Source: an uncultured Methanomicrobiales archaeon
Lineage (GTDB): Archaea > Halobacteriota > Methanomicrobia > Methanomicrobiales > Methanospirillaceae
Assembly (NCBI GenBank): GCA_963758915.1
Contig: CAVWXH010000009.1
Span: forward strand, 64,001 to 128,000
Length of the DNA: 64,000 bases
Reading direction: 5' to 3'
A model generated the notes under the pieces. That model made no database searches, was not told the origin of the DNA, and saw only the letters and a program-made list of their open reading frames with translations. The position numbers and the translations under genes were made by a program. Below, in pieces: positions 19,794-29,856 of this stretch (positions are counted from its first letter, which is position 1; each line of letters opens with the position of its first letter).

Positions 19794-21185
19794 TCAATTG
19801 TCAACCCGTTTATTCGCCCGCTGGAGAGACGCGAAGATCCCTATGAGGCAAAGGACGGTGAACAGTACAAAGGCATATCGTACACTCAGGGTAACCGCCG
19901 GGTAATACTCATAAGTGATCTCAACATGGCCAATCACGATTGCAAAGATCATCGTGGCAATCCCCATGGAAAGCATCTGGCCAAGGAGTCGCATGGTACC
20001 GACAATTCCAGAGGCCACTCCATAGTATTTCTTCTCGACAGCACTCATAATCGCATTCGTATTCGGGGAGGTGAAAAAGCCGAAACCGGCCCCTATCAGC
20101 ACAAGAGCCCCGAGTATATACCAGAGAGGGGTAGCATCGCTGATAAAAACAAGGAAGAAAAGCCCTACAGCAGACAGCCCCATACCAAACGATGCGATCA
20201 CACCGGGATCGATACGGTCAGACAGTTTTCCTGAGAACGGGGAGATGACAGCCTGCATCAGCGGGGCTGCTATAAGGACAAACCCTGCGTATACGGGAGA
20301 GAATCCCCTGGAATACTGGAGGTACAGGCTCAGCAAGAAAGAGACCGCGTAGGTTGCACTGTAATTGATAAGGGCTGCAAGGTTGGAATATGCAAATAAC
20401 CTGCTCCTGGTGAACAGTTTCGTTTCAAGTACTGGAAATTCCCTCCGGTGCTCGTAGCTGAGGAATAGTACTGCACAGGCCACTCCTGTAACGATCAGCA
20501 CGACACCGGTAAGGTCAGGGAGGGTGGTGAAACCAAGCATGACCGCGACGATTGAGACCGCGTACATCACAGACCCACCGATATCTAACGGTTCCCCCCT
20601 GCTGTCAGCCCACTCTCCTTTGAGTTGCCAGAGGACCAGTATGATGGCGAGGATGCTGATAGGGACATTGATATAAAAAATACTCCGCCACCCAAAGTGT
20701 TCTGTCAGAAGGCCGCCCAGGAAAGGCCCTGTTGACAACCCGATATAAACCGCGGTAATATAGATACCAAGAACTTTCCCACGTTCACCGGGCGGGAATA
20801 CCGAGGTAAGGATGGCTACGGCGGTCCCGAAGATCATGGAGCTCCCAATCCCCTGGAGGACTCGTACCATGATGAGCATCCCGGAAGATGCCACGAGCGT
20901 CATTATAAACGACGCAGCGGCAAAGATTACAATACCGATAAGAAATATTTTTTTTCTCCCGTAAATATCTGCGATTTTTCCAAAAGGCACGAGAAAAATT
21001 GCTGATGCAAGCAGGTACGCGGTAGATACCCAGGAGAGGGCAATCGCGTCCATGTGAAATTCTGCACCGATAACCGGGAGGGCAATATTGACCGCAGACC
21101 CGTCAAACGGCGTAATAAACCCGGCAAGAATCGCAATCAGGAGGACAACACGTTTCCCGGCCGGGGAGACCTCCTGGTCAGGCAT
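19794..21185 (-). CDS. MFS drug:H+ antiporter (DHA2, 14 TM)
   Basis: DGSAVNIALP, GKIADIYGRKK motif A, RVLQGIG, GPFLGG. Confidence 0.93.
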   Translation of the reverse strand: MPDQEVSPAGKRVVLLIAILAGFITPFDGSAVNIALPVIGAEFHMDAIALSWVSTAYLLASAIFLVPFGKIADIYGRKKIFLIGIVIFAAASFIMTLVASSGMLIMVRVLQGIGSSMIFGTAVAILTSVFPPGERGKVLGIYITAVYIGLSTGPFLGGLLTEHFGWRSIFYINVPISILAIILVLWQLKGEWADSRGEPLDIGGSVMYAVSIVAVMLGFTTLPDLTGVVLIVTGVACAVLFLSYEHRREFPVLETKLFTRSRLFAYSNLAALINYSATYAVSFLLSLYLQYSRGFSPVYAGFVLIAAPLMQAVISPFSGKLSDRIDPGVIASFGMGLSAVGLFFLVFISDATPLWYILGALVLIGAGFGFFTSPNTNAIMSAVEKKYYGVASGIVGTMRLLGQMLSMGIATMIFAIVIGHVEITYEYYPAVTLSVRYAFVLFTVLCLIGIFASLQRANKRVDN

Positions 21186-21934
21186 GCTGAACAGTCCCGG
21201 TCTATCGGGAAAAGTACGTGGCGTTCTGGAACCGCTCGTCATTTCCAACCCTGAAAAATCCAATATCCCTAGCTTGTCATCCTGCTGAATTGAATGTATT
21301 GGCAATGAAAATAATCAGCGGTGGATCACCATAACTCCCTGGTTTCCAGCTGCTGACTGGTTACGGTACTGGAATAGTCCTGCAAAGACATTGAAACGAC
21401 TGTTCCCTGCCCGACAGACGACCTGCCCCTTCCATAGACCTGTTATCTGTGCCATTGAAGTAGCCTGGCATCGTGTGTTTTGTATCCTGCACCCTGATTT
21501 TTTTCAGACGAGGTCCGGGTTCTCAACCTCCGATGCAATGTTTTTAGGTGATGTGCAACAAAAGTTATACCTCATCAGCTAAAAAAACCGGGGTGAACAG
21601 CTATACCAGGAAAGACAAGGATAATCACGTATATTATTGCTTTAACAGCCGTTACAATCATTTTCCTGCAGACGCTGTACCGGAATTTTTATGATACGTT
21701 TCCCTGGTCGGTCGATGCATTTCATACGGTAAAATACAAGGCCAGCCTTAGTTTCATCCACCCCGACAGCCTGACATTCTGGATCCTCCTCACCGGATTA
21801 ATCCTCGCCTTCGTTGTCCTGTATTTCCACCCGGTGGAACAGGAACATGGTAAAAGAATGTGACCTGCCCAGAGCAACCCTGAAAAATGTAAACACTATA
21901 ATAGAACATACAACGAAACTTTGAGTGAACCCGC

Positions 21935-22042
21935 ATGGCCCTGTTAAACCGTGAAACAAAACTGCTGGTATTTCTGGCCATTATCGCAATAATCAGCAAT
22001 ACAATTCCCTTTTACCTGCTACTGAATTATGGAAGGCCATGA
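21935..22042 (+). CDS. Small single-TM protein (35 aa) not in ORF track
   Basis: MALLNRETKLLVFLAIIAIISNTIPFYLLLNYGRP; GAGTGA upstream. Confidence 0.45.
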   Translation: MALLNRETKLLVFLAIIAIISNTIPFYLLLNYGRP

Positions 22043-22089
22043 GGGGTTTTTCCATATCCTACCGATTTGCCCGTTTTTAACCGGCTTTC

Positions 22090-22740
22090 CTATAAACTAT
22101 CAGGTCCTGTCTTTTTCGGGCGGACCTGTTTCCTGATAAGGTAATGGATGTTTTCTCCTTTGGGGACTGATAAGAAATACAGGTAGGCAACAACGACTGC
22201 GGCAAGCGAGCCGATAGTATGAGCTACGTTATCTCCGATGATATCAGAGAGCCCGTCATTGTATATGGTATGATTCAGCACATCGTTCGATATTTCTACG
22301 ACCTTCCACATACCCCCGAAAAAGGCCATCAGCAGAAAAATAGCGATAAGTATTGTTGTTTTCCGGTACCTGACTCCCCACATATCAAGGAGGAGAAAAA
22401 AGACCAGGATAATCAGGCCTACCGAAAGACCGGAGACAAAATGTGCAACCTTGTCGAACAGGGGGAAGGTGGGCGACCAGTACCACCGCATCACACCGCC
22501 TGCAACATGGAGGAACAGGGAAAGGGCAATAATGCTTTTTACGCCGAACGGCAGGGTGATTTTTAACAGTTTTTCAACCAGCAGCGGGCATAGGGAAATT
22601 ATCATAACCGCGATAACGGCGTACGATCTGGCAGTATCCCCAATCTCAATCGCCCATAACACGAGGCCAAAAAAAATTACCTCAAATATCAGGAGAATAA
22701 GTAAATCCACCGTATTTAAAAAATATTTTGATGGTGCCAT
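22090..22740 (-). CDS. Membrane protein (DUF2238-like; paralogue of 44392-45114)
   Basis: ALFLHVAGG-x-MRWYW...FDKxAH shared with the paralogue. Confidence 0.75.
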   Translation of the reverse strand: MAPSKYFLNTVDLLILLIFEVIFFGLVLWAIEIGDTARSYAVIAVMIISLCPLLVEKLLKITLPFGVKSIIALSLFLHVAGGVMRWYWSPTFPLFDKVAHFVSGLSVGLIILVFFLLLDMWGVRYRKTTILIAIFLLMAFFGGMWKVVEISNDVLNHTIYNDGLSDIIGDNVAHTIGSLAAVVVAYLYFLSVPKGENIHYLIRKQVRPKKTGPDSL

Positions 22741-22814
22741 TTCAACATCATAAATGGGTCTTTTTATTGGAAATACTTTTTTCAGGAGCGGCGTACCGGT
22801 GCAGGGTTGCCCGA

Positions 22815-23447
22815 TCATTCCGGGGCGTTTTCTTCCGTCTGCTTTGCAGGGCAGAAATTGCATATTGAATAAAACACTTCTTTTTCCTTGTCCCTGATCA
22901 GGCAGTAAAAATCACTACCCCGCTGTTCCACGGTAAAACCCCCCGGGAACGGCATCCCGACAGGGTGACCGGGTTTATCGAGGACGAACATGGTAAAGGC
23001 AGAAATCAGGTAATAGAACAGGCGCATCCTTGGATTACGGAGATATGGATTCCTTTCCGATTGATCATCCCATGAAAAACATCCTTCAGGAAATACCCTG
23101 CAGAAATTACTGAATGTGACAGGATCACGCAGCGGCACGGAAAATTTGCAGGAGTCCCCGGAACGGGACATCAGGAGCAGGGCGTGGTGCATACCGAAGA
23201 GCTGTTCGATGAAGTATGGACGTATCGCCTCCCGATAGGGAGAGGGTAGTTTCCTTATCTCATTGTATAACCGACCCCCGATCAATTGTAAATCAAAAAG
23301 GGAATAATGCCCGATTTCTTCGGCAAGGATATCCAGGAGTTCCCTTTTTGTTGTTGCGTAACTAATCCGAAGTGCGATTTCACGAATTAAGTCAGATTCG
23401 CCTGGAAACTGGTCCATCAGGAGCGATACCCGGGCATCTGTGTTCAT
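22815..23447 (-). CDS. DUF2115 (UPF0305) methanogen protein
   Basis: PGHPVGMPFPGGF and C-x-FCPAKQ motifs. Confidence 0.85.
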   Translation of the reverse strand: MNTDARVSLLMDQFPGESDLIREIALRISYATTKRELLDILAEEIGHYSLFDLQLIGGRLYNEIRKLPSPYREAIRPYFIEQLFGMHHALLLMSRSGDSCKFSVPLRDPVTFSNFCRVFPEGCFSWDDQSERNPYLRNPRMRLFYYLISAFTMFVLDKPGHPVGMPFPGGFTVEQRGSDFYCLIRDKEKEVFYSICNFCPAKQTEENAPE

Positions 23448-23597
23448 AGGGGTACATTACTGTATTGCATGCAAGGGCGTAAATCCAGCTGATCCAACAG
23501 AGTACCATATGAAGAACTGTTGGTTACCAGACAGACAATTATTCAAAATGCGACCGGAGTTGTATAAAGCCGCAATGGGAAAGATTATATTTTTTTA

Positions 23598-24010
23598 GGC
23601 TGATATGAAAAACTTTGGCTAAACAATCTGGAAGGTCACCTTTTTCATGCCCATCTATAAGCCAGAGGCCCATAGCACGCTTTGTTGAAACACACATGAA
23701 CGGGAAGTTCATACCCGGGCTATGAAAATACCTCGTTCAAAATTTCTATATATGGGGGTCTGTTTTGTTATTTTCATGGGAAACCCTGCAAGATTAAAAA
23801 AAAGGGAATGCATTGACAGGAGGGGTTTCACCCCCTCCCTTCCCAACCCCATTAAGATAGTATTCGGGCAGGGTATCCCGAAGGCTCATTAAATTCAGAG
23901 TATGTTGGAATAGTCTCTATCCCCGCCGGGGCGCCGAAGCAGCGGGAAAGAGCCCCGGGAGCGTGACTAAATAGTAAGAATAACCTGAATGTTGCAAAAT
24001 AGATTTAAGG
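23598..24010 (-). mobile_element. Composite repeat R3 (module C, TIR, module B, core A in reverse)
   Basis: Reverse-complement arrangement of 37329-37760. Confidence 0.85.
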
Positions 24011-24124
24011 CGGGTTTTTAAAAAATCCATTTTTAAGAAAAAAATGCATCCGACCCGGTTTTCTGGCTGAATAGGGATTAAGAGTTCGCAATAAAGGGTT
24101 TCCAATACAAGATGTATCAGTAAT

Positions 24125-24499
24125 TTACGGTTTCTCCGGCCCACCTGTCAACTGGGCGAGTTCGTTGAGCACCACGCTCCACTGGTACGGTTTATTGATG
24201 TAACTCAGTGCCCCGGCCTTTACTGCCTCCTCGATATGGGCAACCTGCCCGTCCGCGGATATCACAATAATTTTTGCGTCTGGCTTCATCGTTTTAATTG
24301 CCTTTATTGCCTCTACGCCGTTCATCTTCGGCATGATCATATCTATAATAACAATATCCGGGTTCGTCCTGGAAAACTCCGTCACCCCTGCCTCTCCGTC
24401 GCCTGCCTCACCTGCAATCTCATAACCCCCGGATATAAGGATTTTTTTCAAAATATCTCTTGCATATTCGGCATCATCAATGACCAGGACCCGCGGCAT
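24125..24499 (-). CDS. Single-domain response regulator (CheY-like)
   Basis: VLVIDD, DMIMPKMNG, ISA, YINKP. Confidence 0.93.
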   Translation of the reverse strand: MPRVLVIDDAEYARDILKKILISGGYEIAGEAGDGEAGVTEFSRTNPDIVIIDMIMPKMNGVEAIKAIKTMKPDAKIIVISADGQVAHIEEAVKAGALSYINKPYQWSVVLNELAQLTGGPEKP

Positions 24500-24707
24500 A
24501 TAAACGAGTATTCTGCCTTCACATACTATAAGGTCTTCGTTATGCAGCTCACCGGCGATATACCCATAGGTGTAACGGGGGTAGTCGGGGGGGCAGGGTA
24601 TCATGTCCGCTGATCTGCCTGTCGCATTATTACACGGTCCTTTCTATCTGAAATGCCCCGGAATTGTTTCAGTTCACCAGACGATGAAGTGACCAGGGAT
24701 GCCCCCG

Positions 24708-26117
24708 CTAGAATGAGGCCATATCTTTCCCTTCCCACCTCTTATATCCTTTCCTGACAAGCCCAAATGCCGGAATACCAAGCAATAACGCAGCGACTCC
24801 GAAATAGGGGTTAATAAACGCGAGTGTAAGGATAACCATCACCGGGACCCCGACAAGGACGATAAAAGCGAGCAGCACTTTCACATCGTACACAAGGACA
24901 TTGGGTGTAAGACCGGTCAGATATATTGAAACCGAGAGGGAATAGAACGAAAACGCACACCAGAGGGCCATTGCAGGGATGAGGTACAGTATCCCGCCGG
25001 TAATGACGGTAACGATCACCATAAACACCGCCGGTATCAGCTGGAGCACGGTAAATGTACACATCTTGCTCGTGATAAGCGTGGAAACACTGACCGGGAG
25101 ACAGGCATAGGAACTGAAGGTGTCAAATGAAGTAATCCACGTATACATTGTCGCTGAAATAATCCCGGTGGTCACCGCGAACACGAGCAGGACGGCGTAA
25201 TCAGGTACGATTGCCCTCAACACAGAAAGGAAGAACCAGATCAGTCCAAGCGGGAGAAGAAACGAAAAAATTACCTGCCCTACCCCACCGCCACTCCTCC
25301 AGAGGTCAACCAGGTCCTTTGCAGCCAGGGGAGGGGTCGGAAAGAACGAGAGTTTTTCTGTAAGGGGGGTGAGGAGGTTTGAAAACCGTTTGGATCTCCC
25401 CGTGTATTCAGGGGTAAAGAGCGCAATTGATACCACAAACGGGATGGTAACAAGGACAAAGGACTCAATTAACGCGGGCCAGGAACCGTTATGTAGCAGC
25501 TGGAGAGGCGGGAACAGGTCTGCAAGACCGGTCCCATATGAAAGGTATGCCAATCCTGAAATGACCAGCACCGCCGCAAATATAATGGCAAGCGCAGGTT
25601 TCGAGCGTGAATACACGGTAGAGAGAAAGAATATCGCAGACAGCCCGAAAAGAAATGTCAGGGTAAGGCTTGCAAATAGGAGGAGCGGATAGCCTGCCTG
25701 TACACCGATGAACGGCGAAGCAACCGCGAACCCCAGTACAAACGGGAGCACCCAGAGGATAAGGTAGTAGACGATGTCTTTCAATACAAAATTTGTGAAT
25801 ATATAACGTTCAGACAATGGCAGGCTTCGCGCAGAATAGGCCAGCAGGCTCATCTGCCCGAACCGCCGGTTCATCACTTCATTCCCGAGAAGGCCAAAGC
25901 CCCCGACCATCACCCCCAGCAGGAGGAAGACCCCCGTTATAATCAGGGCAAGGTCACCTGCCGGGAGCACTGCCCGGAAAAGGGGGAGGAGGAATGAGCT
26001 CATAAAGACGATCCCAAAGATCAGCACCGGGAACAGGGCAAAACTGAGGCTCCCGAACATGGTGGAGTGGAGCCGCCACTCTTCTTTCATCATGCTGCTA
26101 AACAGCTCAAGCCCCAT
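24708..26117 (-). CDS. ABC-2-type multi-pass permease
   Basis: About 12 TMs; MKEEWRLH and LWRSGGG motifs; downstream of an ABC ATPase. Confidence 0.75.
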   Translation of the reverse strand: MGLELFSSMMKEEWRLHSTMFGSLSFALFPVLIFGIVFMSSFLLPLFRAVLPAGDLALIITGVFLLLGVMVGGFGLLGNEVMNRRFGQMSLLAYSARSLPLSERYIFTNFVLKDIVYYLILWVLPFVLGFAVASPFIGVQAGYPLLLFASLTLTFLFGLSAIFFLSTVYSRSKPALAIIFAAVLVISGLAYLSYGTGLADLFPPLQLLHNGSWPALIESFVLVTIPFVVSIALFTPEYTGRSKRFSNLLTPLTEKLSFFPTPPLAAKDLVDLWRSGGGVGQVIFSFLLPLGLIWFFLSVLRAIVPDYAVLLVFAVTTGIISATMYTWITSFDTFSSYACLPVSVSTLITSKMCTFTVLQLIPAVFMVIVTVITGGILYLIPAMALWCAFSFYSLSVSIYLTGLTPNVLVYDVKVLLAFIVLVGVPVMVILTLAFINPYFGVAALLLGIPAFGLVRKGYKRWEGKDMASF

Positions 26118-26162
26118 GACCAGGCCCCCTGGAACAGTCAGCTGCAGAATTCTCCGACATTC

Positions 26163-26879
26163 TCAATCATCCTGTACCGCTGAAAAGAAGAACTCTGACA
26201 GGTGCTGTTTTTTATCAGCAAGTTCACTAATCGCCCCGCTATAGAGCAGTTTACCTTTATGCAGGATTGCAAACCCAGTACAGATCTCTTCCGCAATCTC
26301 GAGGATATGGGTGGAGATAAAAATGGTTCCACCGGATGTTACATACTCTGCAAGGTACTCCTTGACCTTTCGCTGCATAATCGGGTCGAAATTGATAAGG
26401 GGTTCATCAATGAGGGCGAGGACGGGTTTATGGAGGAATGCCTGGGCAAACATCAGTTTCTGCCTGGTCCCACGGGAAAGGTCTTTGCAGAGGATATCGC
26501 GCTTATCTTCGAACTCAAGGAACCGGAACCACCACGCTGCCTTTTCTTCAATGTCAGGGATCTTCCTGACTGCCCCGACGAATGCAAGATATTCCATGGC
26601 AGTCAGGAAGCTCGGCGGCGTCTCCTGTTCAGGGATAATCCCCACAGACTTCCGCACACCAATAGGATCAATCAGGACATTGAGACCAAGCACGGAAGCC
26701 TGGCCTTTCGTAGGCCTGATCTGGCCGGTAAGCATCTTGATCATCGTGGTCTTCCCTGACCCGTTCGGACCGAGCAGACCAAAAAGTGATCCCTGCGGCA
26801 CCGACAGGGTAACATTGTCCACCGCCGTGGTATCCCCGAACTGCTTCGTGAGACCCTGTGCTTCAATAACCGTAACCAT
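26163..26879 (-). CDS. ABC transporter ATP-binding protein (CcmA/DRA-like)
   Basis: GPNGSGKT, LSRGTRQK, IDEP, STH. Confidence 0.93.
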   Translation of the reverse strand: MVTVIEAQGLTKQFGDTTAVDNVTLSVPQGSLFGLLGPNGSGKTTMIKMLTGQIRPTKGQASVLGLNVLIDPIGVRKSVGIIPEQETPPSFLTAMEYLAFVGAVRKIPDIEEKAAWWFRFLEFEDKRDILCKDLSRGTRQKLMFAQAFLHKPVLALIDEPLINFDPIMQRKVKEYLAEYVTSGGTIFISTHILEIAEEICTGFAILHKGKLLYSGAISELADKKQHLSEFFFSAVQDD

Positions 26880-27167
26880 TCGAATTCATCCTCCTGATCA
26901 TTATTCGTAAACCGTACCTGTACGTCATCGGCGGTGCACAGGGATCATTCATGGTGCTCCCGGGCAACACACCGTAATGAGAGGCAGGGTTTCCTTATGC
27001 CAGTACCTGACATATGGTTCCTTGGGTATATGGTGATTACCTGACCGGGTGAATTGATCTATCTAAAAAAACAGGATTCCTGGTACAGATGACCCAGGCC
27101 CTCATGACGGTCCTGATGAAAGCAGGTGGTAATATTCCAATGGTCCGGACGATCCAGTACCAGCAGT

Positions 27168-27653
27168 TTACACACGATCTGCTGCTGCCCTGACCATGGT
27201 AATCAGGTCATTAATTTTCCCGTTCCCGGAAATTTCAGATTTATTGAGGACTATTTCCCCGGAGACACGGACTCCCTTCTTTTCGAGGGCTGATTTCATT
27301 ATCGGCAGGGTGTCTTTTGCCGAGCTCCCGCAGGTCGCGAATATGACAGCATTTTTCCCTTCACACCCTTTAAGTGCAGCAATTGCCCCGTTGATCGCGG
27401 GTGTCGCTTTCCATGCCCAGACCGGAGTCCCGATAACGATGAGGTCATATAACGATACGTCTATGATATCCGGACTTATCGGGTCACATGCCCCCTTCCT
27501 TGCACGAATACATCCCACCGAGTAGGCGGACAGCGTTGAATAATTGTCCTTCGGTTTCACTTCAATAAGGTCTCCCCCACAGGCAGCGTTAATTTTTTCG
27601 GCGATGCCCCGCGTAACACCTGAATATGAATGGTAGATAATGCATGACTTCAT
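27168..27653 (-). CDS. Flavodoxin-like protein
   Basis: YHSYSGVTRGIA, YDLIVIGTPVW, FATCGS. Confidence 0.9.
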   Translation of the reverse strand: MKSCIIYHSYSGVTRGIAEKINAACGGDLIEVKPKDNYSTLSAYSVGCIRARKGACDPISPDIIDVSLYDLIVIGTPVWAWKATPAINGAIAALKGCEGKNAVIFATCGSSAKDTLPIMKSALEKKGVRVSGEIVLNKSEISGNGKINDLITMVRAAADRV

Positions 27654-27656
27654 AAT

Positions 27657-28004
27657 TCACCTTTTTCCGGCTTTCCTCTCATTATCCTGCCTGCACTTTT
27701 CCATTACGCTACGGGATAATTCATCAAAATTTTCCTGGTAGCGGACCATGCTCTCCCGGTTAAATGAATAATACATGTGGTTTCCCTCCTTTCTTGACGT
27801 GATAATACGCACATTCTTCAGGATCTTTACGTGTTGCGAGACAGCTGGTTGCGATATCCCGAGCATTCCTGCAAGATCATTGACACCGAGGGCGCCACTC
27901 AGGTCATTTGCCAGGAAATATATAATGCAGAGCCGGTTGTAATCGCCAAGGGCCTTGAACACCCCTGCCATCTCTTCTACGAACTGCCTGTTGCATCCAC
28001 TCAT
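27657..28004 (-). CDS. ArsR/SmtB family regulator
   Basis: FKALGDYNRL..., SQPAVSQH, RKEGNHMYYS. Confidence 0.92.
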   Translation of the reverse strand: MSGCNRQFVEEMAGVFKALGDYNRLCIIYFLANDLSGALGVNDLAGMLGISQPAVSQHVKILKNVRIITSRKEGNHMYYSFNRESMVRYQENFDELSRSVMEKCRQDNERKAGKR

Positions 28005-28008
28005 TATA

Positions 28009-28028
28009 ATATAATAATATTCTTATAT
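28009..28028. promoter_or_regulatory. ArsR-type imperfect palindrome ATATAATAATATTCTTATAT
   Basis: ATATAA/TTATAT arms immediately upstream of the arsR-like start, suggesting autorepression. Confidence 0.45.
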
Positions 28029-28188
28029 ACTTAATGGTTATGGACAGGTGTATGCAAGACCCGGTCATCTCCGGTTATCGGCCATATTGAAGAACTTTAA
28101 AACAGGAATTTTTTTCCTTTTACGGTTATGCATTGTTTCCATACCCCTTCCGGAAACAATTTACGATCACATTTACAATAACTATCAG

Positions 28189-28701
28189 ATGCAACAGGTT
28201 CCCGATCAGGCAGTTTCAGAAGTGATTGGGACAATCCTCATGGTTGCAATGGTTGTAATGATTGCGGGGATCACTGCAGCGTTAGTATTGGGAATGCCAT
28301 TTGTCCCCCAGAAACCAACTCTTTCAGGGTTCACGGTAGAAATAATACAGGTTGCCAATGGCACCCTGCCAGGTTCACAAACCGTGCCGGTGATCAGTTT
28401 TTACCAGGTATCCGGAGATAAGCTGGCATTTTTCGGGCCAAATGGAACAAATATCAGGCTTACTGATCCCGGTGGTAATACCAGAAGTGTTAATTTCTCA
28501 GGCACAGGATCTGAAATCCGGATTGGGGAGCGGTTTCTCGTCTTCAGGGAATCAGGAAGCCCCGGTAATTACCTGGTCACTAATAATCAAAGCAGCATTC
28601 CGGGCATTGAACCATTCACCCCGCACGGTACCTGGCGCTTTATCATTACTGATGAAAAAGAGACGAACATGGTAATCTTCGACAAAGATCTAACTCTGTA
28701 A
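28189..28701 (+). CDS. Archaeal type IV pilin (DUF1628/Pilin_N)
   Basis: DQAVSEVIGTILMVAMVVMIAG class III signal. Confidence 0.88.
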   Translation: MQQVPDQAVSEVIGTILMVAMVVMIAGITAALVLGMPFVPQKPTLSGFTVEIIQVANGTLPGSQTVPVISFYQVSGDKLAFFGPNGTNIRLTDPGGNTRSVNFSGTGSEIRIGERFLVFRESGSPGNYLVTNNQSSIPGIEPFTPHGTWRFIITDEKETNMVIFDKDLTL

Positions 28702-28710
28702 CAGCAGGGA

Positions 28711-29022
28711 TTGTGGCCACCAGGGGGGATACCGATTCAGGATTTACAATATTTTCTGCTGCTGTTGGCAGTACTAAATAGTATAGCTTTTTTTTCCTAT
28801 TACCGTGACAAGAGGAACGCTGAGAATAACAGATGGAGGATCCCTGAACGTACCCTGTTGATGTGGGGTTTGATTGGCCCTTTCGGGTCATATCTCGCAA
28901 TGCGGATGTTCAGGCACAAAACGCAGAAAACAAAATTCCTGTTGGTGCCGGTTTTTCTTGCAGTGCAACTGGTGATAATCACGTTCGTTGTGGCAGTGTT
29001 TTTTCCGGAGATTCTCCTCTGA
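28711..29022 (+). CDS. DUF1294 membrane protein
   Basis: DKRNA...WRIPERTL...FRHKTQK. Confidence 0.9.
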   Translation: MWPPGGIPIQDLQYFLLLLAVLNSIAFFSYYRDKRNAENNRWRIPERTLLMWGLIGPFGSYLAMRMFRHKTQKTKFLLVPVFLAVQLVIITFVVAVFFPEILL

Positions 29023-29101
29023 CCTTCTGATACCAGTCACCAGAGTAGTGAAATGTACAAACCCTGCTTCTTTAATACATAGTCCTATCATATTTTCCTC
29101 A

Positions 29102-29587
29102 ATGCGGACCAACAGGCACCAATATTTTCTTGACCTGGCATACCGGTGTGCCCACCAGGGTACCTGCCTGCGGCGCAATTTTGGCGCCATCATCGTCGAT
29201 GAGTATAATACGATCGTTTCCACGGGTTACACCGGTGCCCCCAGGAAACAGCCGGACTGCACGGAACTGAACAACTGCTGGAGAAAGGACCACAATATCC
29301 CATCAGGTTCAAACTATGAACGGTGCAGGAGTGTCCATGCAGAGATGAATGCCCTTCTCCAGGCAGGAAAACTTGCACGCGGGTGTACCCTCTACCTTGC
29401 AGGCTACGATGTGGAGACAGAAGACCTGACCCGGATCTGGCCGTGTTTTCTCTGTTCAAAAATGATCGTCAATAGTGGCATCAAAAACGTCATTATGAGG
29501 ACCGGAACAGAAGAGTTCAGCGAGATGGATCCCATGGCCCTTTACCAGATGCGGAGCATGGAAGCACTGGGTGATGAGATACAATAA
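29102..29587 (+). CDS. dCMP deaminase / ComEB-like cytidine deaminase family
   Basis: TCLRR, STGY-x-G, VHAEMNA and PCFLCSK Zn motifs. Confidence 0.92.
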   Translation: MRTNRHQYFLDLAYRCAHQGTCLRRNFGAIIVDEYNTIVSTGYTGAPRKQPDCTELNNCWRKDHNIPSGSNYERCRSVHAEMNALLQAGKLARGCTLYLAGYDVETEDLTRIWPCFLCSKMIVNSGIKNVIMRTGTEEFSEMDPMALYQMRSMEALGDEIQ

Positions 29588-29618
29588 GCCTTTTGAGGGT
29601 TAAAAAACACAAATGCCC

Positions 29619-29820
29619 GGCTATATTGACACCCCCTGACATCTGTAGTATAGATCAAGGGGGTATTCTGAAAAACTATTCAGGTGAACCCTGCCCACAG
29701 AATAGTTAGGGGGGGCAGGGGGTCAACCCCCCCTGTCTAGCGTTGCTTCGCTTTCCACAACATACTGCAGGATATCAACAGGGCAAATAACTACAGGAAT
29801 ACCCGGTTTTGTTGAAACAC
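29619..29820 (+). repeat. Degenerate repeat R4
   Basis: AACCCTGCCC...GGGGGGGCAGGGGGTCAACCCCCCCTGTC; TIR-like ends GGCTATATTGAC, ATCAACAGGGC and GGTTTTGTTGAAAC. Confidence 0.65.
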
Positions 29821-29856
29821 TTCAAATTGGAATTTGTTTGTCATAAAAGAGATGGA

